Assembly: GCA_030141605.1 (NCBI GenBank)
Contig: JAQGDQ010000689.1
Span: 47,979-111,978, forward strand
From: Tubiluchus corallicola
Taxonomy: Eukaryota; Animalia; Priapulida
DNA: 64,000 nt
Reading direction: 5' to 3'
A model generated the notes under the pieces. The model did no database searches and had not been told where the DNA came from. It saw only the letters and a program-made list of their open reading frames with translations. The first letter of the stretch is position 1. Each line of letters begins with the position of its first letter. Made by a program: the position numbers and the translations under genes. Positions 62,040 to 64,000 of the stretch are shown here, piece after piece.

Positions 62040-63095
62040 AAGTTGTGATGTACCACTGAACAGCAGAGTTGATGGTTGTTGCTAGTTTATTAGCAAAGAT
62101 AATCCTTCAACCAATGAGATACTCCGTGAACAAAGGTCGTCGGTGGTCCGTCTGTAATTTGCTTTGGCACAGCAAACAGCAGGGTTGATGGTTGTTGCTA
62201 GTTCATTACCAAAGATAATCCTTTAACCAATAAGATACTCCTCGAAGAAAGTTGGTCAGCCGTCCTTTTGTAGCTTACTCTCGTACACTTCAAGATGTGA
62301 TGTACCACTAAACAGCAGGGTTGATGGTTGTTGCTAGTTCATTACCAAGGATAATCCTTTAACCAATGAGATACTCCTCGAACAAAGTTGGTCAGCCGTC
62401 CTTTTGTTGCTTAGCTCGTACACTCCAAGATGTGATGTACCACTAAACAGCAAGGTTGATGGCTGTTGCTAGTTCATTACCAAAGATAATACTTTAACCA
62501 ATGAGATACTCCTCGAACAAAGGTGGTTGATTGTCCATTTGTAATTTAGTTTGGCACACTAAACAGCAAGGTTGATGGCTGTTGCTAGTTCATTACCAAG
62601 GATAATCCTTTAACCAATGAGATACTCCGCAAACAAAGGTGGTTGATTGTCCATTTGTAATTTAGTTTGGAACACTAAACAGCAAGGTTGATGGCTGTTG
62701 CTAGTTCATTACCAAATATAATCATTTCACCAATGAGATACTCCTCGAACAAAGTTGGTCACCCGTCCTTTTGTGCTTAGTCTCGTACACTTCAAATTGT
62801 GATGTACCAATAAACAGCAAGGTTGATGGTTGTTGCTAGTTCATTACCAAGCATAATCCTTTAACCAATGAGATACTCCTCGAACAAAGGTCGTCGATTC
62901 TCCAAACAGCAGGGTTGTTGGTTGTTGCTAGTTCATTACCAAGGATAATCCTTTAACCAATCAGATACTCCGCAAACAAAGGTGGTTGATTGTCCATTTG
63001 TAATTTAGTTTGGCACACAAAACAGCAAGGTTGATGGCTGTTGCTAGTTCATTACCAAGGACAATCCTTTAGCCAATAAGAAACTCCGCAAACAA
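62040..63095. repeat. Variable-length (~80-125 bp) tandem repeat directly upstream of the GPCR ATG
   Basis: aacagca(a/g)ggttgatgg(t/c)tgttgctagttcattaccaa..ataatcctttaaccaatgagatactcc recurs about 9 times. Confidence 0.9.
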
Positions 63096-63101
63096 AACTG
63101 A

Positions 63102-63361
63102 CTTGGTCCACGTATGGTCTCACCAAATATAAATTTACTTCCGAACTCCGTCAGTTCACAGTTACTGTTGTTGTTGTTGATTGCAGCAAAATCTCAGTCA
63201 ATGAAGCCATTTCACCTGTAGGTAATCTTAGTCTTGGTCCACTTATGGTCTCACAAAACACAAATTTACTTCCGAACTCTGTCAGTTCACAGTTACTGTT
63301 GTTGTTGTTGATTGCAGCAAAATCTCAGTCAATGAAGCCATTTCACCTGTAGGTAATCTTA
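63102..63361 (-). repeat. 131-bp tandem duplication containing a putative splice acceptor
   Basis: Two copies with aagattacctacag|gtgaaatgg on the minus strand (exon starts at 63215 and 63346). Confidence 0.8.
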
Positions 63362-63946
63362 CACGTCTGGTTAGCATGAAAGTCATTAATTACGGCTTGT
63401 GTAATTAGGTTTGTTTAGCTCTCGGTTTGGCGCAATGCAAATTACACCATGGCTTCACACCATGGCTTCACACCATGGCTTCATTCAACTGTTAAATTCA
63501 CGAGAATCGTCACATTCATGTTTGTTCACTTTTGCAAAAAACAGTGGCAAAAATACGATGTCAATTTCCATCCGAGGAAGAATTTTCCTAAAAAGAGGAG
63601 TCACGTGGGTTAGTTTGAGTTACGTCATCTGCTGCAAGGTATTGTACCGAACACCCCTTTCAGGATAAATATAATTTTCTGTTGAAACCAAGTTATGCAT
63701 TTGGGTTGCATAAAAGCGGTGTGAGAGACTACTACTTCATGATGCCCAAAGTCAAAAAATTCATGTTTTAGTAGCTTTATTACGTTTTATCTGTAAGAAA
63801 AATCATAACAAACTAATTTGAGCCAAAAAAGAGACAAGGAAATTATAAATAAAGTGAGACTGAATAAACTTACATCGTGGCTCTACTACTCTTGACAAAT
63901 AAATGGCTTAACTGAGACAAACAACAACAACAAAAAAAAACAACAA

Positions 63947-63977
<31 letters not shown>

Positions 63978-64000
63978 GTCGATGACGACTCTTTTTGCCA

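Overview
AT-rich, repeat-dense eukaryotic genomic DNA with spliceosomal introns, probably from an invertebrate animal. By walking splice sites and reading-frame phases by eye I reconstruct these genes: (1) a 5-exon GTF3C6 (TFIIIC subunit 6) on the minus strand, head-to-head with (2) TEX264, their start codons only 79 bp apart. TEX264 is partially duplicated: copy 1 (6501-9392) has the shared promoter but is broken in exon 3 and lacks the LIR exon, while copy 2 (19298-27107) is complete but has a different upstream region. Between them lie about 9.9 kb containing a decayed near-full-length CR1/L2-type LINE and (3) an intronless DHRS4-like SDR. Further on are (4) a 7-exon, ~772-aa orphan Pro/Thr-rich protein with three C-x2-HP-x2-C motifs and RYHP repeats, (5) a CD225/dispanin (IFITM-like) gene and (6) a class A GPCR with a single coding exon. 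There are many MITEs with clear TIRs/TSDs, RTE fragments, Penelope-like hammerhead-motif repeats and minisatellites. The most striking pattern is that three neighbouring genes each carry a tandem array seeded from an exon 3' end: ~25 copies of a splice donor, ~30 in-frame copies of a stop-codon unit, and ~4 copies of another stop-codon unit. All calls are from manual reading; no searches were run.
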